The position numbers and the translations under genes were made by a program. Below, piece by piece: positions 1 to 8,448 of a stretch of DNA of 48,505 bases; position 1 is the stretch's first letter, and the number at the start of each line of letters is the position of its first letter. Origin of the DNA: Nitriliruptorales bacterium (GTDB lineage Bacteria; Actinomycetota; Nitriliruptoria; Nitriliruptorales; JAHWKO01); contig DASZZX010000260.1 of the NCBI GenBank assembly GCA_036260415.1, positions 1 to 48,505 on the forward strand. Direction: 5' to 3'. Under the pieces are notes generated by a model. The model saw only the letters and a list, made by a program, of their open reading frames with translations, was not told the DNA's origin and did not search any database.

Positions 1-7
1 GGCGTGC

Positions 8-1945
8 GTGGTGCTGCTCTTCCGACGTCGCGCGCCGGTGGGGACACCGGCGTCGGCCTCCGCCACCGGCGCAGGATCAGCCTCAACGGACCTCCCGGCG
101 CGGGCAGCGGGAGCGCAGGAGGCAGCAGCGGTCGGGTCCCCCATCGGCGCCGCGACCGCGCCTGCCACGCCGACGGGGCACGCGGGCACGGCGACAACGG
201 TGCCCGACGCGACGGGCGAGCGGGCCGGCGCGTCGATGGTCCCCGAGGCCGTCGCCGGGGCCCCAGCGTCGGTGACGGCGGCGCCGACAACCGCTCTGGC
301 GGCAGGACCCGCGCCTGCGGTGGAGACAGCTGGGGCGGGCACAGCGGTGACCGTGCCGACGGTGACGGCAGGCGGCGGCGGGACAGCACCGTCGCAGCGG
401 CCGGTGGATGGCCCCCCGGGATGGCGCCGGCAGCTGCACTGGGTGCTGCTCGCGTTCCTGCCCTCGAGCCTCATGCTCGGGGTGACGCATTTCGTATCGA
501 CCGACATCGCGGCGTTCCCGCTGCTGTGGGTCGTGCCCCTCGCGCTGTACCTGCTCACGTTCGTGGTCGCATTCGGTCAACCGCGCCCCCGACTCGCGCT
601 GCACGCCGATCGTCTGCTGCCCGCCGCGGTGCTGGCGGTGGCGATCGCCATGGTGACCGAGGTCCCGATCCCCCCCGGACTCGAGATCGGGCTGCACCTG
701 CTGATGTTCACGACCGTGGCACTGGGCGCACACGGCAGGCTGGCGGCCGACCGCCCGCACCCGGCCCGACTGACGCACTTCTACCTGCTCGTGTCGGTCG
801 GCGGGGCGCTCGGTGGACTGTTCAACGCCCTGGTCGCGCCGGTCGTCTTCGAGCAGGTCCTCGAGTACCCGCTGGTGATCGTCGCGTCGACGCTCGTGCT
901 GCTCGGCAGGCACGCCAACCGGGTGGCGTCCCGATCACGACCACTGTCGCAGCGCCTGTTCGAGGCGCAGGCGGTGGTCGGCGTCCTCCTGCTCCTCCAG
1001 CAGGTGGTCGTGCGGTTGGGCGCCATGGCCGCGATCGTTCTCGTCGGGGTGTCGCTCGGTGCCCGAGCGGCGGTGGCGCGCGTCGCGCGTCGGCGACCGC
1101 TGGGGTTCACGATCGGGATCGCGCTGGTGCTGGCGAGCGCGGTGCCGCTCGGCACCGATGTGCTGCACGCCGAACGGACCTTCTTCGGGGTGGCGCGGGT
1201 CGAGGCGCAGGGCGACCGGCGCCTGCTCGTCCACGGCACCACCATCCACGGCTGGCAGGACCGCCGCCCCGACCACAGCGCCCTGCCCAAGAGCTACTAC
1301 GACCGCAGAGGCCCTGTGGGCGACGTGTTCGAGGAGTACGGACATCGGCCCCTCGCCGACCAGGTCGCGCTCGTGGGACTGGGCACCGGGGCACTGGCGG
1401 CCTTCGGGCGGTCGGGGCAGACCTTGACCTTCTACGAGATCGACCAGGCGATCGTCGACATCGCCACCGACCCCGAGCTGTTCACCTACCTGCGTGACAG
1501 TGCCGCCGAGATCGAGGTCGTGCTCGGCGACGGGCGTCTGTCGCTCCGCGATGCTCCGGACGACCACTTCGGGATCATCGTCATCGACGGCTTCAGCTCT
1601 GACGCCATCCCGGTGCACCTCGTGACCGCTGAGGCGGTCGACCTGTACCGCTCCAAGCTCCGGCCGGACGGCGTCCTCGTGTTCCACGTCAGCAACCGCC
1701 ACATGGACCTGGAGCCCGTCCTGGCAGCCATCGCGACCCGGCAGGACCTCTCCGGGGTCGTGCGCAGCGACGTCTTCGACGCCGGGCTCGGCGAGGTCAC
1801 GTGGGTGGCGCTCGCCGAGGATCACCAGAGTCTCGCCCCCCTGATCCGCGATCCGCGCTGGCGTCGTCTCGTCACCGAACCCGGGGAGGAACCGGTGTGG
1901 ACGGACGACTTCTCCAACGTCGTGCAGGTGATCCGCTGGCGCTGA
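8..1945 (+). CDS. polytopic membrane protein fused to a spermidine-synthase-like (SAM-dependent) domain; probably 5'-truncated by the window edge
   Basis: The frame is open to the window edge. An Ala/Thr/Pro-rich low-complexity stretch is followed by hydrophobic helices (WVLLAFLPSSLMLGV, PLLWVVPLALYLLTFVVAF). The C-terminal part has a spermidine-synthase-like fold (VALVGLGTGALAAF, FYEIDQAIVDIA, VLGDGR, IIVIDGFSSDAIPVHLVT). Confidence 0.7.
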   Translation: MVLLFRRRAPVGTPASASATGAGSASTDLPARAAGAQEAAAVGSPIGAATAPATPTGHAGTATTVPDATGERAGASMVPEAVAGAPASVTAAPTTALAAGPAPAVETAGAGTAVTVPTVTAGGGGTAPSQRPVDGPPGWRRQLHWVLLAFLPSSLMLGVTHFVSTDIAAFPLLWVVPLALYLLTFVVAFGQPRPRLALHADRLLPAAVLAVAIAMVTEVPIPPGLEIGLHLLMFTTVALGAHGRLAADRPHPARLTHFYLLVSVGGALGGLFNALVAPVVFEQVLEYPLVIVASTLVLLGRHANRVASRSRPLSQRLFEAQAVVGVLLLLQQVVVRLGAMAAIVLVGVSLGARAAVARVARRRPLGFTIGIALVLASAVPLGTDVLHAERTFFGVARVEAQGDRRLLVHGTTIHGWQDRRPDHSALPKSYYDRRGPVGDVFEEYGHRPLADQVALVGLGTGALAAFGRSGQTLTFYEIDQAIVDIATDPELFTYLRDSAAEIEVVLGDGRLSLRDAPDDHFGIIVIDGFSSDAIPVHLVTAEAVDLYRSKLRPDGVLVFHVSNRHMDLEPVLAAIATRQDLSGVVRSDVFDAGLGEVTWVALAEDHQSLAPLIRDPRWRRLVTEPGEEPVWTDDFSNVVQVIRWR

Positions 1946-1985
1946 CCGCCGGGACACGGGTGAGCGCCCGCGCGCCGGGCCGCGG

Positions 1986-2555
1986 TCACCCGCTCGGCCG
2001 CTCCGCCAGCTTCCGAGCGATCCGCCGCACGGTGTTCGCCGTCCGCAGTGTCCACCGATCGCCGAGCAACCTGGCGACCGCCCCGCCGCTGAGGGCAGAG
2101 TCCATGAACCGCCCGGCGACGTGCCAGTACAGCTCTCGGCCGTGGAACGCCACCCGATCGGTCTTGTTGGCGAGCGCGGCCACCTGGTCCTGCGTGGCCC
2201 GACCGAGCTGCTCGCGGAGGAAGCCGATGTGCAGCTTCCCGCCCAGGGGCGGATCGTCGGGGAAGGGTTCGTGGCGTGCCACCTCGACCAGGTGCTCGCC
2301 GTCCCTGACGAAGGTGGCCACGGGGTAGCCGAGGCCCTCAGCCAGCCGGGACTCTATGCGGGTCTCCAGGCCTGCGGCGTCGATCTCGCCGCTGTGGAAG
2401 ATGACGTTGCCGCTGCTGAGGAACGTCCGGACGTGGTCGAACCCGGCCTCCTCGAGCAGCGCACGCAGGCGATCGTTCGTCACGTTGCGCCCACCGAGGT
2501 TGATCCCCCGGAGGAAGGCCACGTAGGGAACCATCGTCGCGGGTCCTCGCGTCAC
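1986..2555 (-). CDS. DUF1697 family protein
   Basis: The N-terminal MVPYVAFLRGINLGGRNVTNDRLRALLEEAGFDHVRTFLSSGNVIF is the hallmark of DUF1697. An alternative ATG start lies at 2534. Confidence 0.75.
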   Translation of the reverse strand: MTRGPATMVPYVAFLRGINLGGRNVTNDRLRALLEEAGFDHVRTFLSSGNVIFHSGEIDAAGLETRIESRLAEGLGYPVATFVRDGEHLVEVARHEPFPDDPPLGGKLHIGFLREQLGRATQDQVAALANKTDRVAFHGRELYWHVAGRFMDSALSGGAVARLLGDRWTLRTANTVRRIARKLAERPSG

Positions 2556-2691
2556 GTGCGCGGTCCCCCACGGCGGACCGCCGGCACGTGCAGGATCGTG
2601 GCCCAGCCGACCGGCTCGCTACGGACCCGTCCCTCCAGCATCTCCGTCGCGGATCGCTCACCGGTGGCGGTGGCGGCCGGTGGGTCGGACC

Positions 2692-2886
2692 CTACTGACC
2701 GCCCTTCTGCACGTAGTTCTTGATGAACTCCTCGGCGTTCTCCTCGAGGACCTCGTCGATCTCGTCGAGCAGCTCGTCGACGTCCTCGAGCAGTTCGTCG
2801 GCGGTCGTCTCGGTGGTCTCGGGGGCCTCGACCTCGTCGGCCTCGCGCGTGCGGGCGCGCCGCTGACTCTGGCCGCTGTCGCTCAT
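2692..2886 (-). CDS. pup: prokaryotic ubiquitin-like protein Pup
   Basis: A 64-aa acidic protein. The C-terminal LLDEIDEVLEENAEEFIKNYVQKGGQ matches the Pup consensus, including the terminal GGQ. A GGGAGGA Shine-Dalgarno lies 4 nt upstream of the ATG. Confidence 0.95.
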   Translation of the reverse strand: MSDSGQSQRRARTREADEVEAPETTETTADELLEDVDELLDEIDEVLEENAEEFIKNYVQKGGQ

Positions 2887-2956
2887 CGGGTCCTCCCAAC
2901 CGCCGAGGGCTCAATGTACCCGCGCAACGCAGGTGCAGTCACGGGAGTGCACGTTC

Positions 2957-3116
2957 TCCACAGTGATCGGGGCGGCTGACCCCGCCATCTGCGGGTGGGA
3001 AGATGGCGCGCCACTGACCGGGTTGACGCCGGGCAGCCCGCCATGCCGGACCCTGGATGGGTTGGGAGCTCGAGCAGATGCTCCGGCTGACCATCCGGAT
3101 CCCCATCCTCTCCCAG
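2957..3116. repeat. copy A of a ~125-nt GC-rich structured repeat (two homologous segments, 2957-3047 and 3085-3116, separated by a 37-nt insertion)
   Basis: Direct alignment by eye to 3269-3393. Segment 1 is about 89% identical and segment 2 about 81%. Both copies share the hairpin CGCCATC-TGCGGGTGGGAR-GATGGCG. Confidence 0.8.
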
Positions 3117-3268
3117 GGTCCATCGGATCACCCCACCCCGGGATGGAGCGGGATCCCGCCCTCCCGGCTGGTGAGGTCGGTGCGGGGCGGTCCGTGCGAG
3201 CGCATGGTGCAGGGCGCGGTCCGTGCGGAGCGCGGTCGGTGCGAGGCCGCTCCCGTGGACGGGGACTG

Positions 3269-3393
3269 TCCACGGTGATCGGGGCGCTGACGCCGCCATC
3301 TGCGGGTGGGAGGATGGCGCGCCGCTGGCCGGGCTGACGCCCGGCAGGCCCGCCATGCCTCGGCTGACGATCCGGAACACCATCTTTCCCCAG
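3269..3393. repeat. copy B of the same ~125-nt GC-rich structured repeat, about 110 nt upstream of the HNH gene start
   Basis: Direct repeat of 2957-3116 without the 37-nt insertion. One-nucleotide indels relative to copy A break all reading frames. Confidence 0.8.
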
Positions 3394-3504
3394 CACGGCG
3401 CGGATCGGTCCCGCCGTGTCGCACCTCCCAGGTACGGTCTGTCCGAACCCACGTTCGGTGACGACGTTCGGTAGGGAGCGGGAGACCCCGGAAGGAGGTC
3501 GCGG

Positions 3505-4761
3505 ATGTCCGTCCTCAGGGAGCTGCCCGGCCCGACCCGGCTGCAGCCTCGGGTGGCAGAGCTCGTGGAGGCGGTGGACGGTCTCGTCGCCCAGGACCCT
3601 CGTCAGCTCCACCCCGACGAGCTCGGCGGTGTGCTGAAGGCGGTCCAGACGCTCATCGACCGGCTCGCTGGCTACCGCGCTCGCTGCCTCAACGCCTTCG
3701 ACCAGCGCCGCCCGCGGTCCGACGGGTCAGCCCCGACCGCGCAGTGGGTGCGCGGCGCGCTCCGCCAGTCCGCCGGGGATGCGGACCGCCAGGTCCACAC
3801 CGCGCGCCAGCTGGAGGAGCGGCCGGCCGTCCAGGCGGCGTTCGACGCGGGTCGCATCGGCCAGCGGGCAGCCGACATCCTCGCTGACACCCTGGCCGAT
3901 CCGCACGTCCGCGACCTGCCTTGGGCGGAGAGCACCCTGCTGGAGTGGGCGCAATCCTGGGATCCGGGCATCGTGGCCCGCAAGGCGCGCCAGCTGCGGG
4001 TCGCCGCGCACCAGGAGCGTGCCGCCGCCGAGGAGGCGGCCGCTCGACGGCGGCGCTACGTCCGGTTCGACGACCCGGATCGCGACGGGATGGTCGGGCT
4101 GCGCGGCCTTCTCGACCCGGTCTCGTCCGAGGTGCTCAAGACGGCGATCTCCGCGCTGATGCGTCCGGATCCCACCGACCTGCCGGCCGGTCAGCGGCGC
4201 ACCGCCGACCAGCGGCGTCACGACGCACTGGTCACACTCGCCGAGCTCGCGCTCGACCACGACCGCCTACCTGCCGTCGCCAAGCGCCGCCCGCACGTCC
4301 TGCTCGTGCTGCCGCATCCCGACCTGCGCGGCGGTCTGCAGGTCGAGGATCGCGCCGAGGCGATGGTCGCGGAGCTGGCTCACACCGGTGCGGTCAGCGA
4401 CGCCACCGCGGCACGGCTGGGATGTGACGCCGACTGGACCCCGGTCTTCGTCGACCCCCAGGGCGTGCCGCTGGACCTGGGACGAACCCAGCGGTCCGCG
4501 TCCGCCCAGCAGATGGACGCCCTCGTGGTGCGAGACCGCCGCTGCCGGCGCTGCGGAGCCCCGTCCTCCAACTGTCAGGCCCACCACATCCGCTGGTGGC
4601 GGTCAGGCGGTGCCACCGACCTGGCGAACCTCGTGCTCCTTTGCTGGGGCTGTCACAGCCTGGTGCACGACCACGGCTGGCAGGTACGGCTGCTGCCCGA
4701 CGCCACGGCGGTGTTCACTGCGCCCGATGGCACGGTCCACCGGCGCGGACCGGCACCGTGA
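3505..4761 (+). CDS. HNH endonuclease with DUF222-type N-terminal domain (13E12-repeat-family-like)
   Basis: C-terminal HNH motif CRRCGAPSSNCQAHHIRWWRSGGATDLANLVLLCWGCHSLVHDHGW, preceded by a long helical N-terminal region typical of DUF222. A GGAAGGAGG Shine-Dalgarno lies 6 nt upstream of ATG 3505. Confidence 0.85.
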   Translation: MSVLRELPGPTRLQPRVAELVEAVDGLVAQDPRQLHPDELGGVLKAVQTLIDRLAGYRARCLNAFDQRRPRSDGSAPTAQWVRGALRQSAGDADRQVHTARQLEERPAVQAAFDAGRIGQRAADILADTLADPHVRDLPWAESTLLEWAQSWDPGIVARKARQLRVAAHQERAAAEEAAARRRRYVRFDDPDRDGMVGLRGLLDPVSSEVLKTAISALMRPDPTDLPAGQRRTADQRRHDALVTLAELALDHDRLPAVAKRRPHVLLVLPHPDLRGGLQVEDRAEAMVAELAHTGAVSDATAARLGCDADWTPVFVDPQGVPLDLGRTQRSASAQQMDALVVRDRRCRRCGAPSSNCQAHHIRWWRSGGATDLANLVLLCWGCHSLVHDHGWQVRLLPDATAVFTAPDGTVHRRGPAP

Positions 4762-4923
4762 TCGCAGGTCGGTGCCGCTCGCGGCTGGCGCGGATGCCGA
4801 CAGACGGTCGTCCTTCCGATGCGGGGAGCCCGCGTCAACGCTTGACGGAGACAGCGTCCACGCGCCGAGGAGTCCGTGCCAGGCCACGCATGCGCGAGCG
4901 CCCAAAGGGTCGGGACACCGCAT

Positions 4924-4970
4924 GAGGCCGCGCCAGCCCGCCGAGGAGGCCGCGCCAGCCCCTCGAGGAG
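4924..4970. repeat. 22-nt tandem direct repeat (2 full copies plus 3 nt), immediately 3' of the dop stop
   Basis: GAGGCCGCGCCAGCCCGCCGAG (4924-4945) and GAGGCCGCGCCAGCCCCTCGAG (4946-4967) are 20/22 identical, followed by GAG. Confidence 0.7.
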
Positions 4971-4977
4971 ACACCGG

Positions 4978-6462
4978 TCAGCGCTGCAGGGCGGCGAGCA
5001 GCTCCTCGGCGTCCACGGCCGCTTCCAGCAGGTCGCCGACGTGCGCCCGGGTGCCCTTGCCGGGGTCCATCATCGGGACACGTTGGAGGGCCTCGCGACC
5101 GACGTCGAAGATCAGCGAGTCCCAGCCGGCGGCGACGATGCGGTCGCGGAACCTCGCCAGGCAGCGGCCCCGGAAGTAGGCGCGGGTGTCCTCGGGCGGG
5201 TGGTCCATGGCCCGCCGGATCTCGCTCTCGGCGACCAGCCGCTCGACCCTGCCGTGGGCGGCCAGCCGGTTGTACAGGCCCCGGTCCTGGCGGACGTCGT
5301 GGTACTGCAGGTCGACCATCTTGAGCTTGTCGGCGTCCCAGTCCAGCCGGTGGCGCTCCCGGTACTGGTCCAGCAGCTGCAGTTTGGTGGCCCAGTCCAC
5401 CTGCCCGGCGAGGCGCCGCGGGTCGTCCTCGGCGGTGGTCAGCACGGCCTCCCAGCGCTGCAGCACCTCGGCCTGGACCGGCTGCAGGTCGTGGTCCTTG
5501 CAGTAGCGCTTGACCGCCTCGAGGTAGTGCCACTGCAGCTCCAGGGGGGTGGTGCGACGCCCGTCCTTGAGCATGACCGTCTGGCGGCAGGTGGGGTCGT
5601 GGCTGATCGCGTGGAAGGCGCTGACGGGTTTGGCCAGCTCCGGTGGATCCGGGGCCGCCCCGTCCTCGATCATCGCCAGCAGCAGCGCGGTGGTCCCCAC
5701 CTTCAGGAAGGTCGCGACCTCGCACAGCGTCGCGTCGCCGTTGATGACGTGCAGCCGGCGGAAGCGCTCGGGGTCGGCGTGCGGCTCGTCACGCGTGTTG
5801 ATGATCGGCCGCTTCAGGGTGGTCTCCAGACCCACCTCGACCTCGAAGAAGTCCGCCCGCTGCGACAGTTGGAAGACCACTTCGGGGTCGCCGAACTCGT
5901 TGCCGAGCCGGCCGGCACCGACGTAGACCAGCCGCGAGACGAAGAACGGGGTGAGTTGCTTGACGAGGGTCGGGAACGGCACCGCCCGGTCGACCAGGTA
6001 GTTCTCGTGGGTGCCGTACGCCGCACCCTTGCCGTCGGTGTTGTTCTTGTGGATCAGGACCCGCGCGCCCTCGGGGAGCGACACAGCGGCGCGCTCCGCC
6101 GCCACCGCCAGGATCCGCTCCCCCGCCTTGTCCCACACGACCAGATCCCGAGGGTTGCTGCACTCCGGCGTCGAGTACTCCGGGTGGGCGTGGTCGACGT
6201 AGAACCGCGCGCCGTTGGTCAGGACCGTGTTGGCCAGCCCGAGGTCCTCCTCGGTCGGGGCCTCGTGCGGCGAAGGTTCCTCGTACCCCCGTGCGTCGCG
6301 CAGCGGGTGCTCGTCGGAGTGGTCCCACTTGACCTGGTGGCGGGCGGACGGCTGGTACGCCGACACGACCAGCGACGAGGCCAGCACCGGGTTCACGTCT
6401 GTCTGGCCCTGGACGGTGATCCCGAACTCGGTCTCGGTGCCGACGTACTTAAGGAGTCCCAC
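4978..6462 (-). CDS. dop: Pup deamidase/depupylase Dop
   Basis: Colinear with M. tuberculosis Dop as I recall it (GTETEFGI, LRDARGY, NGARFYVDHAHPEYSTPEC, LKRPIINTRDEPHAD, RRLHVINGDA, DTRAYFRGRC), and it sits directly downstream of arc. GTG 6462 gives the canonical N-terminus MGLLKYVGTETEFG. An in-frame GTG at 6501 (the track start) lies 13 codons upstream, inside a tandem duplication. Confidence 0.9.
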   Translation of the reverse strand: MGLLKYVGTETEFGITVQGQTDVNPVLASSLVVSAYQPSARHQVKWDHSDEHPLRDARGYEEPSPHEAPTEEDLGLANTVLTNGARFYVDHAHPEYSTPECSNPRDLVVWDKAGERILAVAAERAAVSLPEGARVLIHKNNTDGKGAAYGTHENYLVDRAVPFPTLVKQLTPFFVSRLVYVGAGRLGNEFGDPEVVFQLSQRADFFEVEVGLETTLKRPIINTRDEPHADPERFRRLHVINGDATLCEVATFLKVGTTALLLAMIEDGAAPDPPELAKPVSAFHAISHDPTCRQTVMLKDGRRTTPLELQWHYLEAVKRYCKDHDLQPVQAEVLQRWEAVLTTAEDDPRRLAGQVDWATKLQLLDQYRERHRLDWDADKLKMVDLQYHDVRQDRGLYNRLAAHGRVERLVAESEIRRAMDHPPEDTRAYFRGRCLARFRDRIVAAGWDSLIFDVGREALQRVPMMDPGKGTRAHVGDLLEAAVDAEELLAALQR

Positions 6463-6536
6463 CCAAGCCCCTCGCTGGCGCTCGTCCCCGGGCAGTCCCA
6501 CCCGGCCCCCTCGTTGGCGCTCGTCCCCGGGCAGTC
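6459..6536. repeat. 39-bp x2 tandem duplication spanning the arc stop / dop start junction
   Basis: Units 6459-6497 and 6498-6536 read on the minus strand as GACTGCCCGGGGACGAGCGCCARCGAGGGG...GGGTGG. Each unit carries a GAGGGG Shine-Dalgarno plus a GTG, and the two GTGs are in frame with each other. Confidence 0.85.
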
Positions 6537-6537
6537 A

Positions 6538-8346
6538 CTACAGGTACTGCCCCGCGTTGACGTTCTCGATCGCCTTGCCGGGCTGCTCCGCACCGCTGAT
6601 CAACGTGCGCACGTAAACGATCCGCTCGCCCTTCTTCCCGGAGATGCGGGCCCAGTCGTCGGGGTTGGTGGTGTTGGGCAGGTCCTCGTTCTCGCGCCAC
6701 TCGTCACGGATGGCGCTGATGAGGTCCTCGAGCTTGAGGCCACGCTCACGCTGGGCGATCAGGCGCTTGATGGCGTACTTCTTGGCCCGGTCGACCACGT
6801 TCTGGACCATCGCGCCCGAGTTGAAGTCCTTGAAGTAGAGCACCTCCTTCTCACCGTTGGCGTAGGTGACCTCCAGGAAGCGGTTGTCGTCGTCCTCGGC
6901 GTACATCTTGTGGACCGTGGCATCGATCATGGTCCGCACCGCCGCCACACGGTCGTCACCGTGCTTGCGCAGCTCCTCATCGTGCAGCGGGAGCCCCTCG
7001 TGGAGGTAGATCGAGAAGATCTCGCGGGCCGCGTCCTGGTCGGGTCGCTCGATCTTGATCTTCACGTCCAGGCGGCCCGGTCGCAGGATCGCCGGGTCGA
7101 TCATGTCCTCGCGGTTGGACGCCCCGATCACCACGACGTCCTTGAGGCTCTCCACCCCGTCGATCTCCGCCAGGAGCTGAGGGACGATCGTGTTCTCCAC
7201 GTCCGAGGACACCCCCGAGCCGCGAGTACGGAACAGCGAGTCCATCTCGTCGAAGAACACGATGACCGGGTACCCCTCGGCGGACTTCTCGCGCGCACGT
7301 TGGAAGATCAGTCGGATCTGACGTTCCGTCTCGCCGACGTACTTGTTGAGCAGCTCCGGGCCCTTGACGTTGAGGAAGTAGCTGCGCGCGTCGGCGTCGC
7401 CGGTCTTCTCGGCCACGCGCTTGGCCAGCGAGTTGGCCACCGCCTTGGCGATCAGCGTCTTGCCGCAGCCGGGCGGCCCGTACAGCAGGATGCCCTTGGG
7501 CGGCTTCAGCTCGTGCTCAGCGAACAGCTCGGCGTGCAGGTAGGGCAGCTCCACCGCGTCGCGGATCGCCTCCACCTGCTCCTTGAGACCGCCGATCTGC
7601 TCGTAGGTGATGTCGGGGACCTCCTCCAGGACCAGCTGCTCCACCTCGGCCTTCGGCACGATCTCCAGCGCGTAGTGCGAGCGGGCGTCGACCAGCACCG
7701 AGTCACCCGCCTTGAGCGGCTGCTCCAGCAGGGGGTCGGCGAGGCGCACCACCTGCTCCTCGTCACCCTGGCCCACGACCAGCACCCGGCCGTCGCCGAG
7801 CAGCTCCGAGACGAGCATCACCTCCCCGGCGTCCTCGAACTCGCTCAAGCCGACCACGTTCATGGCCTCGTTGAGCAGGACCTCCTGCCCGGGGCGCAGA
7901 TCCTCGACATCGAGCTCGGGCCCCAGGTTGACGCGCAGCTTGCGGCCCTGCGAGGAGATGTCGAGCGTGCCGTCCTCGTACGACTGGAGGAAGGAGGCGT
8001 ACGACTGGGGCGGCGAGGTGAGCTTCTCGATCTCCTCGCGCAGCGCCGCCAGCTGCTCGCGAGCAGCCCGCAGGGTCTCCGCCAGCTTGGCGTTCTGGTT
8101 CATGGCCCCCTGCAGCTGGCCCTTCGTCTCCAGGACACGCTCCTCCAGCAGCCGGATGCGGGCGGGGCTGGTCTCCAGCCGGCGGCGGAGGAGCTCGACC
8201 TCCTCGCGCAGGAACTTGACCTCCGCCTGCAGCTCGTCGTGGTCGTCGATGGAACCGCGGAACAGCTCGGGTGCCAGCTCCCCCTCACCGCTCGGCCGTC
8301 CACGCCGACGGTTCGGATCACGGCCGGGAGTCGGGCGCTCGGTCAC
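6538..8346 (-). CDS. arc: proteasome-associated AAA+ ATPase ARC/Mpa
   Basis: Coiled-coil N-terminus, Walker A GPPGCGKT, Walker [10 protein letters not shown]. There is long colinearity with Mpa ([23 protein letters not shown]) and the C-terminal GQYL proteasome-docking motif is present. An AAGGGAGG Shine-Dalgarno precedes GTG 8346. Confidence 0.95.
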   Translation of the reverse strand: MTERPTPGRDPNRRRGRPSGEGELAPELFRGSIDDHDELQAEVKFLREEVELLRRRLETSPARIRLLEERVLETKGQLQGAMNQNAKLAETLRAAREQLAALREEIEKLTSPPQSYASFLQSYEDGTLDISSQGRKLRVNLGPELDVEDLRPGQEVLLNEAMNVVGLSEFEDAGEVMLVSELLGDGRVLVVGQGDEEQVVRLADPLLEQPLKAGDSVLVDARSHYALEIVPKAEVEQLVLEEVPDITYEQIGGLKEQVEAIRDAVELPYLHAELFAEHELKPPKGILLYGPPGCGKTLIAKAVANSLAKRVAEKTGDADARSYFLNVKGPELLNKYVGETERQIRLIFQRAREKSAEGYPVIVFFDEMDSLFRTRGSGVSSDVENTIVPQLLAEIDGVESLKDVVVIGASNREDMIDPAILRPGRLDVKIKIERPDQDAAREIFSIYLHEGLPLHDEELRKHGDDRVAAVRTMIDATVHKMYAEDDDNRFLEVTYANGEKEVLYFKDFNSGAMVQNVVDRAKKYAIKRLIAQRERGLKLEDLISAIRDEWRENEDLPNTTNPDDWARISGKKGERIVYVRTLISGAEQPGKAIENVNAGQYL

Positions 8347-8448
8347 GGGACCTCCCTTGGCGCCGACGGTCGATGGACATCGAGTATATGGCCAGGATCA
8401 CGGGCGCCACCGGATGAGCCGATCCGCGCCCGGCCGGGTCCTGCCCTG

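Noticed and set aside
4-1497. 497-aa plus-strand ORF, and other Arg/Gly-rich ORFs overlapping 8-1945
   Set aside because: Off-frame relative to the membrane/spermidine-synthase-like protein. The composition (poly Arg/Gly/Ala/Asp) is typical of wrong-frame translation in GC-rich DNA.
2957-3393. Possible conserved peptide (..AICGWEDGAPL[TA]GLTPG..) encoded by both repeat copies
   Set aside because: Several substitutions between the copies are synonymous in that frame. However, 1-nt indels on both sides shift the frame between copies, there is no start codon or Shine-Dalgarno in a consistent position, and the shared stretch is only about 24 codons. I treat the element as non-coding.
2887-3504. 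Possible remnants of prcB/prcA or another pseudogene between pup and the HNH gene
   Set aside because: None of the six-frame translations resembles proteasome subunits. The STVIGA strings are on the wrong strand and are part of the repeat. The region is dominated by repeats.
2957-6536. CRISPR array possibility for the various direct repeats
   Set aside because: There are only two copies of each repeat. They are either directly tandem (39-bp and 22-bp units without spacers) or too long and imperfect (125 nt). No cas genes are present.
8383-8388. TATACT hexamer (minus strand) 37 nt upstream of the arc GTG, in one of the few AT-rich patches
   Set aside because: It could be a -10 box for arc, but I saw no convincing -35 element at the right spacing, and arc may be co-transcribed with trmI. 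It is too weak to list as a promoter.
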